Part shown: piece by piece, positions 1-10,118 of the stretch | Layout: the number at the start of each line of letters is the position of its first letter | Position numbering within the stretch: position 1 is the first letter of the stretch | Source: an uncultured Clostridia bacterium | Lineage (GTDB): Bacteria > Bacillota > Clostridia > UBA1381 > UMGS1253 | Assembly: GCA_934457145.1 (NCBI GenBank) | Contig: CAKSHP010000009.1 | Span: 626 to 64,625 of the forward strand | Direction: 5' to 3' | Length of the DNA stretch: 64,000 nucleotides | Translations under genes and position numbers: made by a program | The notes under the pieces: model-generated | Told to the model about the DNA's origin: nothing | The model's database searches: none | Seen by the model: the letters and a program-made list of their open reading frames with translations, nothing else

Positions 1-1
1 C

Positions 2-514
2 AAAGTAAGCATTGCAGCAAACCTGCCTTACTATATAACAACGCCGATACTCACCGGGCTGCTTGAAGACGATCTTATTGAGATAGAAAATATTGTTGTT
101 ATGGTTCAAAAGGAAGTTGCACAGCGCATCTGTGCCGCTCCGGGAAGCAAAAATTGTTCCGCACTTTCGGCTTTGGTACACTATCACAGTATCCCGGAAA
201 TGATTTGCACAGTCGGGGCAAATTCATTTTCGCCGCCGCCAAAAGTTGACTCCGCAGTAGTAAAGCTTAAGATATTAAAAACTCCGCCCGTACAGCCCAT
301 AAGCCGGGAAATGTTTTTTAAAACCATAAAGGCAGCTTTCGGTCAGAGACGAAAAACACTTCTCAATGCACTTCAGGGTTTTGGCGGATTTTCAATTTCA
401 AAAGACGAATTTAAAATAATATTTCAAAAAATCGGACTCAGCGAAAACATTCGCGGCGAGCAGCTCACATTAGAGGATTTCTGCCGCCTTTCCGACAGTA
501 TAGTTTCATATTAA
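2..514 (+). CDS. rsmA: 16S rRNA dimethyladenosine transferase RsmA/KsgA, C-terminal part (5' end lies outside the window)
   Basis: The frame is open from the window edge. Translation KVSIAANLPYYITTPIL...VMVQKEVAQRI...FSPPPKVDSAVV...FGQRRKTL carries the conserved NLPY and PPPKV motifs of the KsgA family. Stop is TAA at 512-514. Confidence 0.85.
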   Translation, partial: KVSIAANLPYYITTPILTGLLEDDLIEIENIVVMVQKEVAQRICAAPGSKNCSALSALVHYHSIPEMICTVGANSFSPPPKVDSAVVKLKILKTPPVQPISREMFFKTIKAAFGQRRKTLLNALQGFGGFSISKDEFKIIFQKIGLSENIRGEQLTLEDFCRLSDSIVSY

Positions 515-520
515 AGAACG

Positions 521-554
521 GCGCGCGGCATAAACTATTGCCGCGCGCAATTTT
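521..554. terminator. GC-rich hairpin between convergent rsmA and the 1017-aa gene (bidirectional terminator)
   Basis: GCGCGCGGCA (521-530) pairs with TGCCGCGCGC (539-548). It is followed by AATTTTA. Confidence 0.7.
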
Positions 555-556
555 AA

Positions 557-3500
557 TTATTCGCCGCTGTATTTTAAGTTTTCTATCCAGTATCCGCCCG
601 TTTTGCTTACCTGCACAGGCACGATTGTGCCGATATCGTTTATAGCGCCCGCACCTTCTCTGTATGCCATATCTTTAGCCACAAGCACTTCTTCTCTTAC
701 AGTCGGATAACTTTGCGAAATCCACACACTGTATTTTTTATTTGCAACATCAACACTTACTCTGAAATGATATTTATAGTTTGCCGCAACAGGGAACTGA
801 CTTTGGAAATATTTATTTCCGTTTCTTATGTTTATTCTGCCGGAGTTAAACTGAATAAGAATGTTTGCCTTTTTAAAGCTTATCGGATTTTCTTTGGCAC
901 CGCTGCCGTCGAATATAACAACACCGTCAAACGTACTTGAAATCACGTCTTTGTCAAAAGTTAAATCAAATTCGCTTTCAAATGTTTTTTTGTATTCTCC
1001 GATGCTTACAGCCGAATCTTTTGAAAATTCGCCGCTGCTCGGCTGAATAGTCGGCAGTGTTGCGCCCGCGGGAGCTTTTGTTATTCCGTTTTCGGGTTCT
1101 GCCGCAGGAGCCGGCAAAAGCTCAATGGGAGCATCGGGATTAGCCGCTGTTGTAACTTCTTCATTTCCCATACAATGGAAATTTCTCCATATATCTTTAT
1201 CCATTTTATATCCCATTGATGTTTTTGAATACTCAAATTCATCGCTGTGACTTCCCGACGATGAAGAATATCCGTGATAACCCTCTGTAAGTTTAAAAAT
1301 CAAATCCTCTGTTCCGATATAAATCAGCGAATCCAGCTTCTTTTGCCAGTCCTGAGTCGAATCCCATCCGTAGAGAAGCTTAAAATTAGCATACATAGGC
1401 ATAACAATCATCATTGAGTCGTAACAATATCCCGCACTGCTTCGCTTTGATGCCGCAAACTCATACATCATGCCGTTGTAGCCGTTATACGGCGACTCCT
1501 TGCCGCTTATTATATAACAATAATACTCGCCGTCCGGTGAACCGTATTTATCCTGTCCAACGGCGCTGTAAGTATAATTTTCAAGCATTGCAAAAATACC
1601 GTTTATGTTATCGAGTCCCATACCGTTATACTTAAACGGAATTTTTACGCCGGAGCCTGTTCCGCCGCTGTCGCCCTCTTTCATGTTGCTGAGTCCTATT
1701 CCGCCTTTAAGAATAACCGCGCCGCCTTTTTCCATAACATCTTTTCCGGCAACTGTCCATGTTGACAAAATATTTTTATATCCAAATTCTTCGAATTTCT
1801 TAATATACTCGTCATAGCTGAAGCTTGTAAAGATTTTGTCAAGCTCTTCTGCGCCGAAATACATTGCCCCGCTGATTACCACGTTAAGATAAGTATTTCT
1901 GTAGTTAGGATTCCAGCCTTTGCCGAAGTTTCCCAAAAGGTCAAATCCCGTTGAATAATTATTCGCGTCGTTAAATCCCCAGTTGCCGGCTATTGCAAGC
2001 GCACGCATAAGCCAGTCCATTCTTTGCTTTTCGCCTTCCGTAAGCTCATTATAAATTACGGGAGTATTTTTTATAAGCACCAGATCCGCCGCAACCACAG
2101 CATGGCTCCAATAAGCGCCTGTGCAGGCAAAGGGTTCTTTTCCTCCCGAGATTAAATCTTTTAATCTTCTTTTTGCTTCATCTTTTGCAAGCTTTCCGTC
2201 ACTTGATGCAGCCGTTTCATCAAGGTGCGCCGCAAGAGTTAAATAATAAAGCGATTTTGCCGCAATTGCGCCGTTCGGCGTGTTTCCCTTTTCGCCGTTA
2301 TAGTCAAAATCCGGAGCATTAAACGCTGCGTCTAAGATGTCTTTTGTAAACACCGGAGCCGCTGCATAATTAAGCGCGAGATTTCCTGTTTTTAAATATC
2401 CGTATATTGCGCTTATCAGTCTCTGATCTTTCGTTTCGTCAAGCGCGGCGGAAGAATTCGTTATTAAAATAAGGCCTCTCTGATCCCACAAAACATCTTT
2501 TCCGAGGCTTTCTGCCAAAGCTCTTAAGGGAAGCATTGTTCTGTTGTTTATAACCGTTGGCGCAACATCCGTCTGACTTGCCGTACCGTCGATAATAATC
2601 TGCGGGCTGTCTATAATAAAATCTATGACCTTGCCGTCAAGCACAACGCTTGCTTTTTGTTCATCGCCGTTCCAGCTGACATCTGCGCCGAAGTTTTCTG
2701 CAACAAATCTTACCGGCACAAGCGTGCGGTTATTTACAACAACAGGCATAACCTCTTTGTTCTGCTCGTCCACAACCGTAAGGCTGCCTTTTGCATATGC
2801 GTTTGAGCTGCCCAGCAAAAGCGCAACGGCGCCGTCAAGTTTTGACATATCCGCATAATTTATTTCATAGTTTTTGCCCGTGCCGGACTCAATTGCGCCG
2901 ATTGTCGGTTGAACGCTCGGCATTGCGGCAACTTCTTCATCGATATTTCTGGGCTTATCTCCTTCATAAATCGCAAGATTGTCCACCAAAAGGTCGCCCG
3001 TGCAGTTTTTTTCCATATACAGTCTGAACCAGCTGATGGTTTTTCCCGTTTTAACTGCAAGTTCTTTATCTTTTTCAACTATTTTTCCGTTTATATACGC
3101 ACTGTATGTGTTTTTTGAAAAGTCAACGGCATATGCCACGTTTGTCCACTTTCCGCTTTCCAAAGAAGTTAACGTTTCATTTGTTGCCGACGACATAACA
3201 CTGCTGTCTTTTTTCGTTTTGAAAAGCTTTCCTCTGTTATTTTCCGAGTCGCAATACTGGAAAGTAACCATTGCGCCGCCTACTTCAACAGACAAATCCA
3301 TTGAAACAACAATTTTTTCAAAATCCGACTTTGCATTAAGAGATACAAGCGCATCTTCAACAGCTTTTCCGTCCGCTGCGGCAATTTTCAGTGCCTTCAC
3401 ATTCTTTTTTCCCTCATACAAAGAAATCGAATTGGATTTCGGTGTGATGGTTGTTTTTCTGTAAATATCCTCGTTGAAATCATTAAAATAAACGATTCTG

Positions 3501-3610
3501 CTGCTGTCGGCGCTGTCGGCGGCAATTACCGCTCCGCTAAACGCGCCCGTCAAAATCATGCAGCACGATAAAACAAAACAAATAATTTTCTTCAAATCAA
3601 ATTCCTCCAA
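557..3610 (-). CDS. Secreted multidomain protein: signal peptide, LamG/ConA-like domain, two Cu-amine-oxidase-N-terminal-like repeats, large unassigned core, C-terminal LamG-like domain
   Basis: 1017-aa ORF with an N-terminal hydrophobic signal (ICFVLSCCMILTGAFSGAVIAAD). The two VNNRTLVPVRF.../INNRTMLPLRAL... segments are typical of the copper amine oxidase N-terminal-like fold. Function of the central region is unknown. Confidence 0.75.
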   Translation of the reverse strand: MEEFDLKKIICFVLSCCMILTGAFSGAVIAADSADSSRIVYFNDFNEDIYRKTTITPKSNSISLYEGKKNVKALKIAAADGKAVEDALVSLNAKSDFEKIVVSMDLSVEVGGAMVTFQYCDSENNRGKLFKTKKDSSVMSSATNETLTSLESGKWTNVAYAVDFSKNTYSAYINGKIVEKDKELAVKTGKTISWFRLYMEKNCTGDLLVDNLAIYEGDKPRNIDEEVAAMPSVQPTIGAIESGTGKNYEINYADMSKLDGAVALLLGSSNAYAKGSLTVVDEQNKEVMPVVVNNRTLVPVRFVAENFGADVSWNGDEQKASVVLDGKVIDFIIDSPQIIIDGTASQTDVAPTVINNRTMLPLRALAESLGKDVLWDQRGLILITNSSAALDETKDQRLISAIYGYLKTGNLALNYAAAPVFTKDILDAAFNAPDFDYNGEKGNTPNGAIAAKSLYYLTLAAHLDETAASSDGKLAKDEAKRRLKDLISGGKEPFACTGAYWSHAVVAADLVLIKNTPVIYNELTEGEKQRMDWLMRALAIAGNWGFNDANNYSTGFDLLGNFGKGWNPNYRNTYLNVVISGAMYFGAEELDKIFTSFSYDEYIKKFEEFGYKNILSTWTVAGKDVMEKGGAVILKGGIGLSNMKEGDSGGTGSGVKIPFKYNGMGLDNINGIFAMLENYTYSAVGQDKYGSPDGEYYCYIISGKESPYNGYNGMMYEFAASKRSSAGYCYDSMMIVMPMYANFKLLYGWDSTQDWQKKLDSLIYIGTEDLIFKLTEGYHGYSSSSGSHSDEFEYSKTSMGYKMDKDIWRNFHCMGNEEVTTAANPDAPIELLPAPAAEPENGITKAPAGATLPTIQPSSGEFSKDSAVSIGEYKKTFESEFDLTFDKDVISSTFDGVVIFDGSGAKENPISFKKANILIQFNSGRINIRNGNKYFQSQFPVAANYKYHFRVSVDVANKKYSVWISQSYPTVREEVLVAKDMAYREGAGAINDIGTIVPVQVSKTGGYWIENLKYSGE

Positions 3611-3767
3611 TACTTTATATTTTATAATTTTATTGTATCATATTAAAAAATTTTTTCTATACCTTTTTAGGTCATATAATAGCACAAAACAGTCGCTTGA
3701 CTTTTTTGATTTTATGTAGTAATATTAATTTATAAAACAAAAACAATTCGTTTTGCGAGGTGAAAAA

Positions 3768-4646
3768 ATGGAATCCTTTAACCGCTCATACGGCGCCTAT
3801 TTTGACACTATGTATCAAAAAAATATATATCCCGATCCCGCTATACATATGGATGTTTTTACATCTTCTTTTTCGCCGGAACAAAAAACCACAATTTTCC
3901 CCAGACACTTTCACGACGATATAGAACTTTGGTATCTTGTTTGCGGAACAGCTGAATTTGAAACAAACTTTAAAAAATATACTATCACTTCGGGAGATCT
4001 TGCAATTGTAAACAGCTTATACTGTCACAGTGCAAAAAATGTAAGCGCACAGGATATCAAGTATATCTGTATCCGTTTTGCATTTGATTATTTTGAAAAC
4101 CAAAACTTAAGCGAAATAAAAAATGTTATTTTTAATGATGTTGTATTAAACAATTCCGAGCTTAAATCAATTTTTGAAAAATTATACAGTGATCTGACAT
4201 ATGCCTTTGATTACAGCGGATTTGCAATAACAACTTATGTAAACGAAATTGTTCTTTTTTTAATGAGAAATTATTCAAAAAAACAAAATTTTTTCCCGTC
4301 CTCCGCTGTTTTGGAAAAGCGAACCGGAAAATACATACGTTTAAAGGACGCTTTGGAATACATCGACAAAAACTGCGAAAATATATACACCATTTCCGAT
4401 ATTGCAAATAAAATGCACATAAGTCCGACTCGTCTTACACATATTTTTAAAGAAACAACAGGTTTTTCCGTTATGCAGTTTGTAAACAGCCGAAAAATAT
4501 TTAAAGGTTATCAGCTTATTCAAAACACAGATTTATCAATATCGCAGATTGCCGAAAAAGTCGGAATAAAAAATGCCAACTATTTTTCAAGGCTTTTTAA
4601 AAAAGCATACACTTTTTCTCCCTCCGACGTACGGCGAAAAAAATAA
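3768..4646 (+). CDS. AraC-family transcriptional regulator (cupin-like N-terminus plus HTH_AraC)
   Basis: The C-terminal pattern ISDIANKMHISPTRLTHIFKE...ISQIAEKVGIKNANYFSRLFKK is a double AraC HTH. ATG at 3768 is preferred over the track TTG at 3753 because GAGGTG lies 5 nt upstream. Confidence 0.85.
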   Translation: MESFNRSYGAYFDTMYQKNIYPDPAIHMDVFTSSFSPEQKTTIFPRHFHDDIELWYLVCGTAEFETNFKKYTITSGDLAIVNSLYCHSAKNVSAQDIKYICIRFAFDYFENQNLSEIKNVIFNDVVLNNSELKSIFEKLYSDLTYAFDYSGFAITTYVNEIVLFLMRNYSKKQNFFPSSAVLEKRTGKYIRLKDALEYIDKNCENIYTISDIANKMHISPTRLTHIFKETTGFSVMQFVNSRKIFKGYQLIQNTDLSISQIAEKVGIKNANYFSRLFKKAYTFSPSDVRRKK

Positions 4647-4677
4647 TGACTGCAAAAACACAGTCATTATTTTTTTA
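4643..4677. terminator. Rho-independent terminator between the AraC gene and the convergent VanW gene
   Basis: ATAATGACTG (4643-4652) pairs with CAGTCATTAT (4661-4670), followed by T7. An A-run upstream allows bidirectional use. Confidence 0.8.
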
Positions 4678-4691
4678 TCTATATTAAATTT

Positions 4692-6431
4692 TTATATTCC
4701 CTCGGGATACTCTTGCTGAATTTCCTGAGGCGTTATAACCTCGGAATCCGGTTTTTGTTCGGTTTCGCCTCCGGCCGGCGCCGAAGGAGCAGGAGTTTGT
4801 TCGGGAGCTGCGGTCGGCTGCGGAGTCTGCGTTGCGGCAGGCGTTGTGCTTGCCGGCGCCGGCCCTACGCGCACAACTTTTTCTGCCATTCTGTACACGC
4901 TTGTTCCGAGTTTTTCTCTTTTTACTTCCGTACCGTTTTTATAGTAAACCTTATAAGTATTAACGCTGCTTCCGTTAAATCCGTTGCTTTCCGACACTCT
5001 CTTTCCCGGAGCCAGCGATGCGTCCGGAATTTCCTTTGTTGTGTAGGGAGTGTAGCTTGTTCTTTCGGTTATAATTTTAACTGTTTTGCTTTTATCTTCA
5101 TTTGTTCCGACAATTTTAACGTTTACAGTTCCGCCGCCTGCCGAGCAAACAACCTTAACAGGATAATTTGTTGTGTTTTTAAATTTGAAATCAAGGCTGT
5201 TCCATGCAACCGTTGCGTCCATCCCCAAAGGCACATAGCTTACCTCCAAAGAGTGGTTATGTCTTTCGACTATTCCCAAATCCGCATACAGCACAGCCGG
5301 ATAAAGAGTTGAGCAGGTTTGGCATATTCCTCCGCCCATGCCGTCTGCAACGCGGTTTGCCTCATACACAGATGCCACCTTAAAACCGCGCCCCGCAGTT
5401 CGCGGGCCGACAGATTCATTATATGAAAATACCTCGCCGGGCAAAAGCGTCTGTCCGTTGATATTTCTTCCCGCCTGTTCAACATTTGCCGAACGGTTTT
5501 TATTTGATGCCGCGTATTTTGAAGAATACTGTCCAAGCACATCAACAAAAAGCTTTGACGAAAGCGCCTGTTTTTTTATTTCTGCCGGAGTCACAATAAT
5601 TTTTATCTTAACATCGGGCGAACCAGGACCAAAACCCTTTAATTTTTCTTCGGCGTCTTTTCTGTCAAGCTCGCGTCCGTCAACTTCGTCTTTAACAACG
5701 ATAGTTCCGTTCTCACGGGCAAACTGAGCATTCTGAACATCCCGTTTAACGGTGTCATACAAAATATCTAAATCTATAGGCTCGGGATCGGTTTCTTTCA
5801 TGGTAACCTTTGCTTCCGTGCTCGAATTGGGCTTAAAGCTTTTTATAACAATCTCTGCCGCTTCATCGGCATGAACGCCGTTTCCTCTTTTGCCGGCTTT
5901 TATTAAAACATAGTCGCTTTCAATTGTAACCTCGTGTTCTTTTAAATCTCCTCCGACAATCACGCCAAACGATTCGATTATGCTTTTTAAAGCCTCTTTA
6001 TCATAATCAAATTCATATCCAACGTCAACTTTTTGCTTGCTTTTAAAAAACCCTGAGGAGTCTTTGCCGTATTTAAATGCTTTTTCGGCAGTTTTATCAA
6101 CATTAAACTTCAGCGATATGTCTTTTGCGTTAATCTTTTCCGTTTCGCTTCTTCCTTCAACTTCGAGCACAACGGAAGATTCGTCAAACGCATCGCTAAG
6201 ACCGCTTAATGCTTCCTTTATCTGATCCAGATTTTTTCCGCCTACATTTATATCTCCTACCATCACGCCGTCCGCCGCTTGTGCCGAATTGCCCCTGTTG
6301 CATGCCGACACCGTGAAAAACACGGCGGCAACAATCACTATAACCGCTGCGGCAACAATAATTCCGACATGGCTTTTTTTCGCCGCTCCCCTTCTGCGTC
6401 TGTTTGTTTTATTCTTTTCAATTTCTGCCAC
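4692..6431 (-). CDS. VanW-family protein with N-terminal membrane anchor, G5 domain and Pro/Thr/Ala-rich tail
   Basis: 579 aa. TM segment IIVAAAVIVIVAAVFF. VanW-like core LLPGEVFSYNESVGPRT...GGGICQTCSTLY. G5-like YTTKEIPDASLAPGKRVSESNGFNGSSVNTYKVYYKNG. Confidence 0.85.
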   Translation of the reverse strand: MAEIEKNKTNRRRRGAAKKSHVGIIVAAAVIVIVAAVFFTVSACNRGNSAQAADGVMVGDINVGGKNLDQIKEALSGLSDAFDESSVVLEVEGRSETEKINAKDISLKFNVDKTAEKAFKYGKDSSGFFKSKQKVDVGYEFDYDKEALKSIIESFGVIVGGDLKEHEVTIESDYVLIKAGKRGNGVHADEAAEIVIKSFKPNSSTEAKVTMKETDPEPIDLDILYDTVKRDVQNAQFARENGTIVVKDEVDGRELDRKDAEEKLKGFGPGSPDVKIKIIVTPAEIKKQALSSKLFVDVLGQYSSKYAASNKNRSANVEQAGRNINGQTLLPGEVFSYNESVGPRTAGRGFKVASVYEANRVADGMGGGICQTCSTLYPAVLYADLGIVERHNHSLEVSYVPLGMDATVAWNSLDFKFKNTTNYPVKVVCSAGGGTVNVKIVGTNEDKSKTVKIITERTSYTPYTTKEIPDASLAPGKRVSESNGFNGSSVNTYKVYYKNGTEVKREKLGTSVYRMAEKVVRVGPAPASTTPAATQTPQPTAAPEQTPAPSAPAGGETEQKPDSEVITPQEIQQEYPEGI

Positions 6432-6854
6432 TTTGATATTCTCCTTTTACCCGCATTTTAATACGCTTTAAAACCTGAGCCTGCAGCATAATAAAATGCA
6501 TTTTTATTTTGAAACTCAAATCAAAATATTGTGTGTATTTTTAAATTTACAATCATTTAAATCTATATACGGTATCATTCTACTACATTTTATTTTTAAT
6601 GTAAAGTCTTTTTATGTTACATTTATCAGCCTCTTTTTCATAAAAATATTACATTTGTTTTAATACTTTTTTTACCCTTTTGACGTCTTGATTTTTTAAC
6701 TTTTCTCAAATTTCATTAATATATTACAAATAAACTGCGTATATTTTTCTATATTTTGTAGATATTATATATAAAAAGCATGAAAAGTATGTCGTTTATT
6801 TTCCTTTTTATTCCTTTTAACTCCTCGAATTTGTTACAAAGTTATTAAAAAAAC

Positions 6855-6883
6855 TTGACAAATCTCAAAAAATGTTTTAAAAT
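6855..6883 (+). promoter_or_regulatory. Candidate sigma-A promoter for the YabE-like gene
   Basis: TTGACA (6855-6860), 17-nt spacer, TAAAAT (6878-6883). This would give a leader of about 165 nt. Confidence 0.45.
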
Positions 6884-7052
6884 AAAGAAGCCCTAAATCA
6901 AAAAATAAAAATACGCTTGTTTTTTTACCGGCTTTGTATTCTTTTTATATGGTGCAAATATATTTTGTCTTAATGCCCGGTAAAAATACGCTGCAAATAT
7001 TTTACGGCAGCTTTTATGTTATTATTGTCAAAGCGTAGAACGGAGGTAAATT

Positions 7053-8060
7053 ATGATATTTCGATTTTTAAAAAACCGTATATCCCAAAGAAAATTTTTG
7101 ATGACCGGTATACTCACTGCTATGGTTGTTGCAACATGTTTAACATTGATTGCCGCAACACAAAAGGAAATCAAAATTTCCGACAACGGAAATGTATTTG
7201 TTGTTAAAACAGCAAAAAACACTGTATCCGAAGTTTTTGAAGATGAAAACATAACGCTTGAGCCAAACGATATTTTAAATGTGGACCTTTCTTCAAAACC
7301 GGACAAAGACGTTTGCGTTGACATAACACGCGCCAAAGCATACACTTTAAAAAACGGCAGCTGCGCACCTTATGAAATAAAAAGCGCTTATGATAATGTA
7401 TATGATATTTTAAATCAGAATAATATCATATATGATGACGACGACAAAATCACAATGGATAACGGCTTTATCACTCTTACTCACGTAGACACAATTCAAA
7501 AAGCTCAAAACGAGGTTATCGGATTTGAAACGGTTTACGAAAACGACGACACCATGTATGAAGGAACTTCAAAAACCGTAACCGAAGGAAGCAACGGAAT
7601 CTGTTCCGTTTTGTACAACGAGCTTTATGAAAACGGCGCTTTCGTATCAAAAAGCGAGGTTTCAAGGGAAGTTGTGAAAGCTTCTGTAAACAAAGTTATA
7701 AAAAAGGGCACTAAAAAGAAGGTTTACAAAGCATCCCCGCTCACATCTTCTTATTCAAACGTTATAACATGCCGTGCAACGGCATATGACGGCTCATATG
7801 CAACACTAAAAAAATCAACTCCCAAAACCGCTATAGGAACCGTTCCGTCTTACGGAACAGTTGCTGTTGATCCGAAGGTTATTCCTTTGGGAACAAAGCT
7901 TTATATCGCATCGGTTGACGGTTCTTATATATACGGCTACTGCACAGCATCAGACACAGGCGGAGCAATAAAGGGCAACAGAGTTGACTTATTTATGAAT
8001 TCAAGATCAGATGCATTAAACTTCGGTTCAAGACAGGTTAATGTATTTATATTGGGATAA
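7053..8060 (+). CDS. YabE-like cell-wall protein (membrane anchor, DUF348-like region, G5 domain, C-terminal 3D/MltA-like domain)
   Basis: 335 aa. RBS GGAGG is 8 nt upstream of the ATG. G5-like VYENDDTMYEGTSKTVTEGSNGICSVLY. 3D-domain tail TCRATAYDG...GTVAVDPKVIPLGTKLYI...DTGGAIKGNRVDLF. Confidence 0.8.
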   Translation: MIFRFLKNRISQRKFLMTGILTAMVVATCLTLIAATQKEIKISDNGNVFVVKTAKNTVSEVFEDENITLEPNDILNVDLSSKPDKDVCVDITRAKAYTLKNGSCAPYEIKSAYDNVYDILNQNNIIYDDDDKITMDNGFITLTHVDTIQKAQNEVIGFETVYENDDTMYEGTSKTVTEGSNGICSVLYNELYENGAFVSKSEVSREVVKASVNKVIKKGTKKKVYKASPLTSSYSNVITCRATAYDGSYATLKKSTPKTAIGTVPSYGTVAVDPKVIPLGTKLYIASVDGSYIYGYCTASDTGGAIKGNRVDLFMNSRSDALNFGSRQVNVFILG

Positions 8061-8083
8061 AAAATACTTTCTAAATTCACTAC

Positions 8084-8123
8084 AGGAGTTGTATTAAATT
8101 AAATACAGCTCCTTATTTTTTTT
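8084..8123 (+). terminator. Rho-independent terminator of the YabE-like gene
   Basis: AGGAGTTGTATT (8084-8095) pairs with AATACAGCTCCT (8102-8113) with one G-T wobble, followed by a T-run (8116-8123). Confidence 0.8.
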
Positions 8124-8132
8124 GCAAAACAC

Positions 8133-8160
8133 TTGAAAATATTAAATCTTATGATATAAT
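8133..8160 (+). promoter_or_regulatory. Candidate extended -10 promoter for the ACT/UPF0210 operon
   Basis: TTGAAA (8133-8138), 16-nt spacer, TGaTATAAT (8152-8160). Confidence 0.55.
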
Positions 8161-8237
8161 ATATTCGTATATCTTTTGCAGGCAATAAATTTTTATGTCT
8201 GCAAAAATTTTTATCAACTAAAGAAAGGTGTAAAATT

Positions 8238-8507
8238 ATGAAAGCTGTTATAACCGTTATAGGAAAAGATAGAGTCGGAATTATATATTCCGTTACACAA
8301 ATTCTTGCAAAATCAAAAATAAATATCTTAGATATTTCCCAAACAATAATGCAGGATATTTTCACAATGATTATGTTAGTCGATATAAGCAAAAACGAAG
8401 TCAGCTTCGCAGAAATATCCGACAAACTCAAAGACTTGGGAGAAGAGCTCGGTCTTTCGATCAGAATTCAGCATGAAGATATTTTTAATTCGATGCACAG
8501 AATATAA
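8238..8507 (+). CDS. ACT domain protein (UPF0237 family)
   Basis: 89 aa. [36 protein letters not shown] is a typical ACT fold start. Its conserved pairing with the following UPF0210 gene supports the call. Confidence 0.8.
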   Translation: MKAVITVIGKDRVGIIYSVTQILAKSKINILDISQTIMQDIFTMIMLVDISKNEVSFAEISDKLKDLGEELGLSIRIQHEDIFNSMHRI

Positions 8508-8524
8508 TTTTATACCGGAAAGGA

Positions 8525-9898
8525 TTGTTATTTTTGATTAATTCGTTTGAAATAATGGAAACTATCAAAATGCTTGATGAAGAGCATCTTGATATAAGAA
8601 CTATCACTATGGGAATATCTTTAAAAGACTGTTCAGATCCCGATATCGACAAAATGTGTGATAAAATTTATAAAAAAATCACGACCTATGCAAAAGACCT
8701 GGTTAAAACCGGCGAAGATATTGAACGCGATTTCGGTATTCCTATTATAAACAAAAGAATTTCCGTAACCCCCGTTTCATATTTATGCGAAAACGCATCT
8801 TCAACAGACGACTGCATAAAAATAGCAAAAACGCTCGACCGTGCCGCAAAAGCCACAAAGGTGAATTTTATCGGCGGATACAGCGCATTGGTACATAAAG
8901 ACTACACAAAAGGCGACCGCCTTTTAATAGACTCTATCCCCGAAGCTCTTTCATGCACCGACATGGTTTGCTCAAGCGTAAACGTTGGCACAACGAGAGC
9001 CGGAATTAATATGGACGCTGTGCGCCACATGGGAAAAATTATAAAACAAGCCGCTCAAAATACAAAAGAAAGCGGCGGTTTTGCCTGTGCAAAACTCGTT
9101 GTTTTTGCAAATGCCGTTGAAGATAATCCGTTTATGGCGGGCGCTTTTCACGGAAGCGGAGAGGGCGAATGTGTTATAAATGTTGGAGTGAGCGGGCCAG
9201 GTGTTGTAAAATGCGCTCTTGAAAAGCTTGGAAAAAATGCCGATTTCGGCATGGTTGCAGACACCATAAAGAAAACAGCCTTTAAAATAACAAGAATGGG
9301 ACAGCTTGTTGCAAAAGAAGCTTCAAAGAGGCTTAACGTTCCTTACGGAATAGTTGATTTATCATTAGCGCCCACTCCCGCAGTCGGCGACAGCGTTGCC
9401 TATATATTAGAGGAAATGGGACTTGAAAAGTGCGGAACGCACGGCACAACCGCGGCGCTTGCCCTTTTAAACGATGCTGTTAAAAAAGGCGGAGTTATGG
9501 CGTCGAGCTTTGTCGGCGGACTTTCGGGCGCATTTATTCCCGTCAGCGAAGATGCCGGAATGATAGAAGCTGCGCTTTGCGGCGCGCTCTCGATTGAAAA
9601 GCTTGAGGCAATGACTTGCGTTTGCTCTGTCGGCCTTGATATGATAGTTGTTCCGGGCGACACGTCCGCTCAGACTATTTCGGCAATAATTGCCGACGAA
9701 GCCGCAATCGGAATGGTAAACAACAAAACGACCGCCGTCAGAATTATTCCCGCACCCGGCAAAAAAATAGGCGACACGGTAGAGTTCGGAGGTCTTTTGG
9801 GAAGCGGTCCGGTAATGAATATAAACAATTATAAAAGCGATGAATTTATTGCGCGCGGCGGAAGAATTCCCGCACCGCTGCACAGCTTGAGAAACTAA
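8525..9898 (+). CDS. UPF0210/DUF711 family protein
   Basis: The sequence [22 protein letters not shown] is the hallmark N-terminus of the UPF0210 family. The true start is probably TTG 8534 or ATG 8555 rather than the track start, since GGAAAGGA lies at 8516-8523. Confidence 0.85.
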   Translation: MLFLINSFEIMETIKMLDEEHLDIRTITMGISLKDCSDPDIDKMCDKIYKKITTYAKDLVKTGEDIERDFGIPIINKRISVTPVSYLCENASSTDDCIKIAKTLDRAAKATKVNFIGGYSALVHKDYTKGDRLLIDSIPEALSCTDMVCSSVNVGTTRAGINMDAVRHMGKIIKQAAQNTKESGGFACAKLVVFANAVEDNPFMAGAFHGSGEGECVINVGVSGPGVVKCALEKLGKNADFGMVADTIKKTAFKITRMGQLVAKEASKRLNVPYGIVDLSLAPTPAVGDSVAYILEEMGLEKCGTHGTTAALALLNDAVKKGGVMASSFVGGLSGAFIPVSEDAGMIEAALCGALSIEKLEAMTCVCSVGLDMIVVPGDTSAQTISAIIADEAAIGMVNNKTTAVRIIPAPGKKIGDTVEFGGLLGSGPVMNINNYKSDEFIARGGRIPAPLHSLRN

Positions 9899-9933
9899 AT
9901 AAATTTATATAAAAACACGTCATTAATTTTGGC

Positions 9934-9971
9934 AAAATTCCGCAGGCTCAAAAGTCTTGCGGAATTTTTTT
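9934..9971 (+). terminator. Rho-independent terminator after the UPF0210 gene
   Basis: AAAATTCCGCA (9934-9944) pairs with TGCGGAATTTT (9958-9968), followed by a T-run. Confidence 0.8.
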
Positions 9972-10118
9972 ATTAAAAATAAAACTTTTTTAATTACAAT
10001 AATTTTGAAAATCTATTGAATTTTTTAAAAAGACGTGATACAATATACTTGCGAAACAAATTGAATTAACAAAATTTGAAATCTCTTTTGCATGGGGGTA
10101 GTATACCCTTTTTTACAA

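Noticed and set aside
713-3464. Multiple plus-strand ORFs (713-940, 861-1046, 1414-1635, 1605-1817, 2625-2858, 2791-3027, 2909-3118, 2979-3464) and the nested minus-strand ORF 2860-3078, all overlapping the 1017-aa gene
   Set aside because: They are embedded in a long, domain-supported CDS. They have no RBS and their translations are low-complexity or unnatural. They look like typical shadow ORFs.
6884-7052. Possible c-di-AMP (ydaO-type) riboswitch in the roughly 165-nt leader of the YabE-like gene. Such genes often carry one, and a long hairpin TTACCGG...CCGGTAA (about 6927-6985) is present.
   Set aside because: I could not find the conserved GC-rich ydaO core elements by eye, and the leader is almost entirely AT-rich. 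A covariance-model scan would be needed to revive this idea.
8099-8431. Minus-strand ORF of 110 aa overlapping the ACT-domain gene and its promoter
   Set aside because: It is antisense to a conserved small gene and spans a terminator and a promoter. The translation is Ile/Phe-rich and AT-driven.
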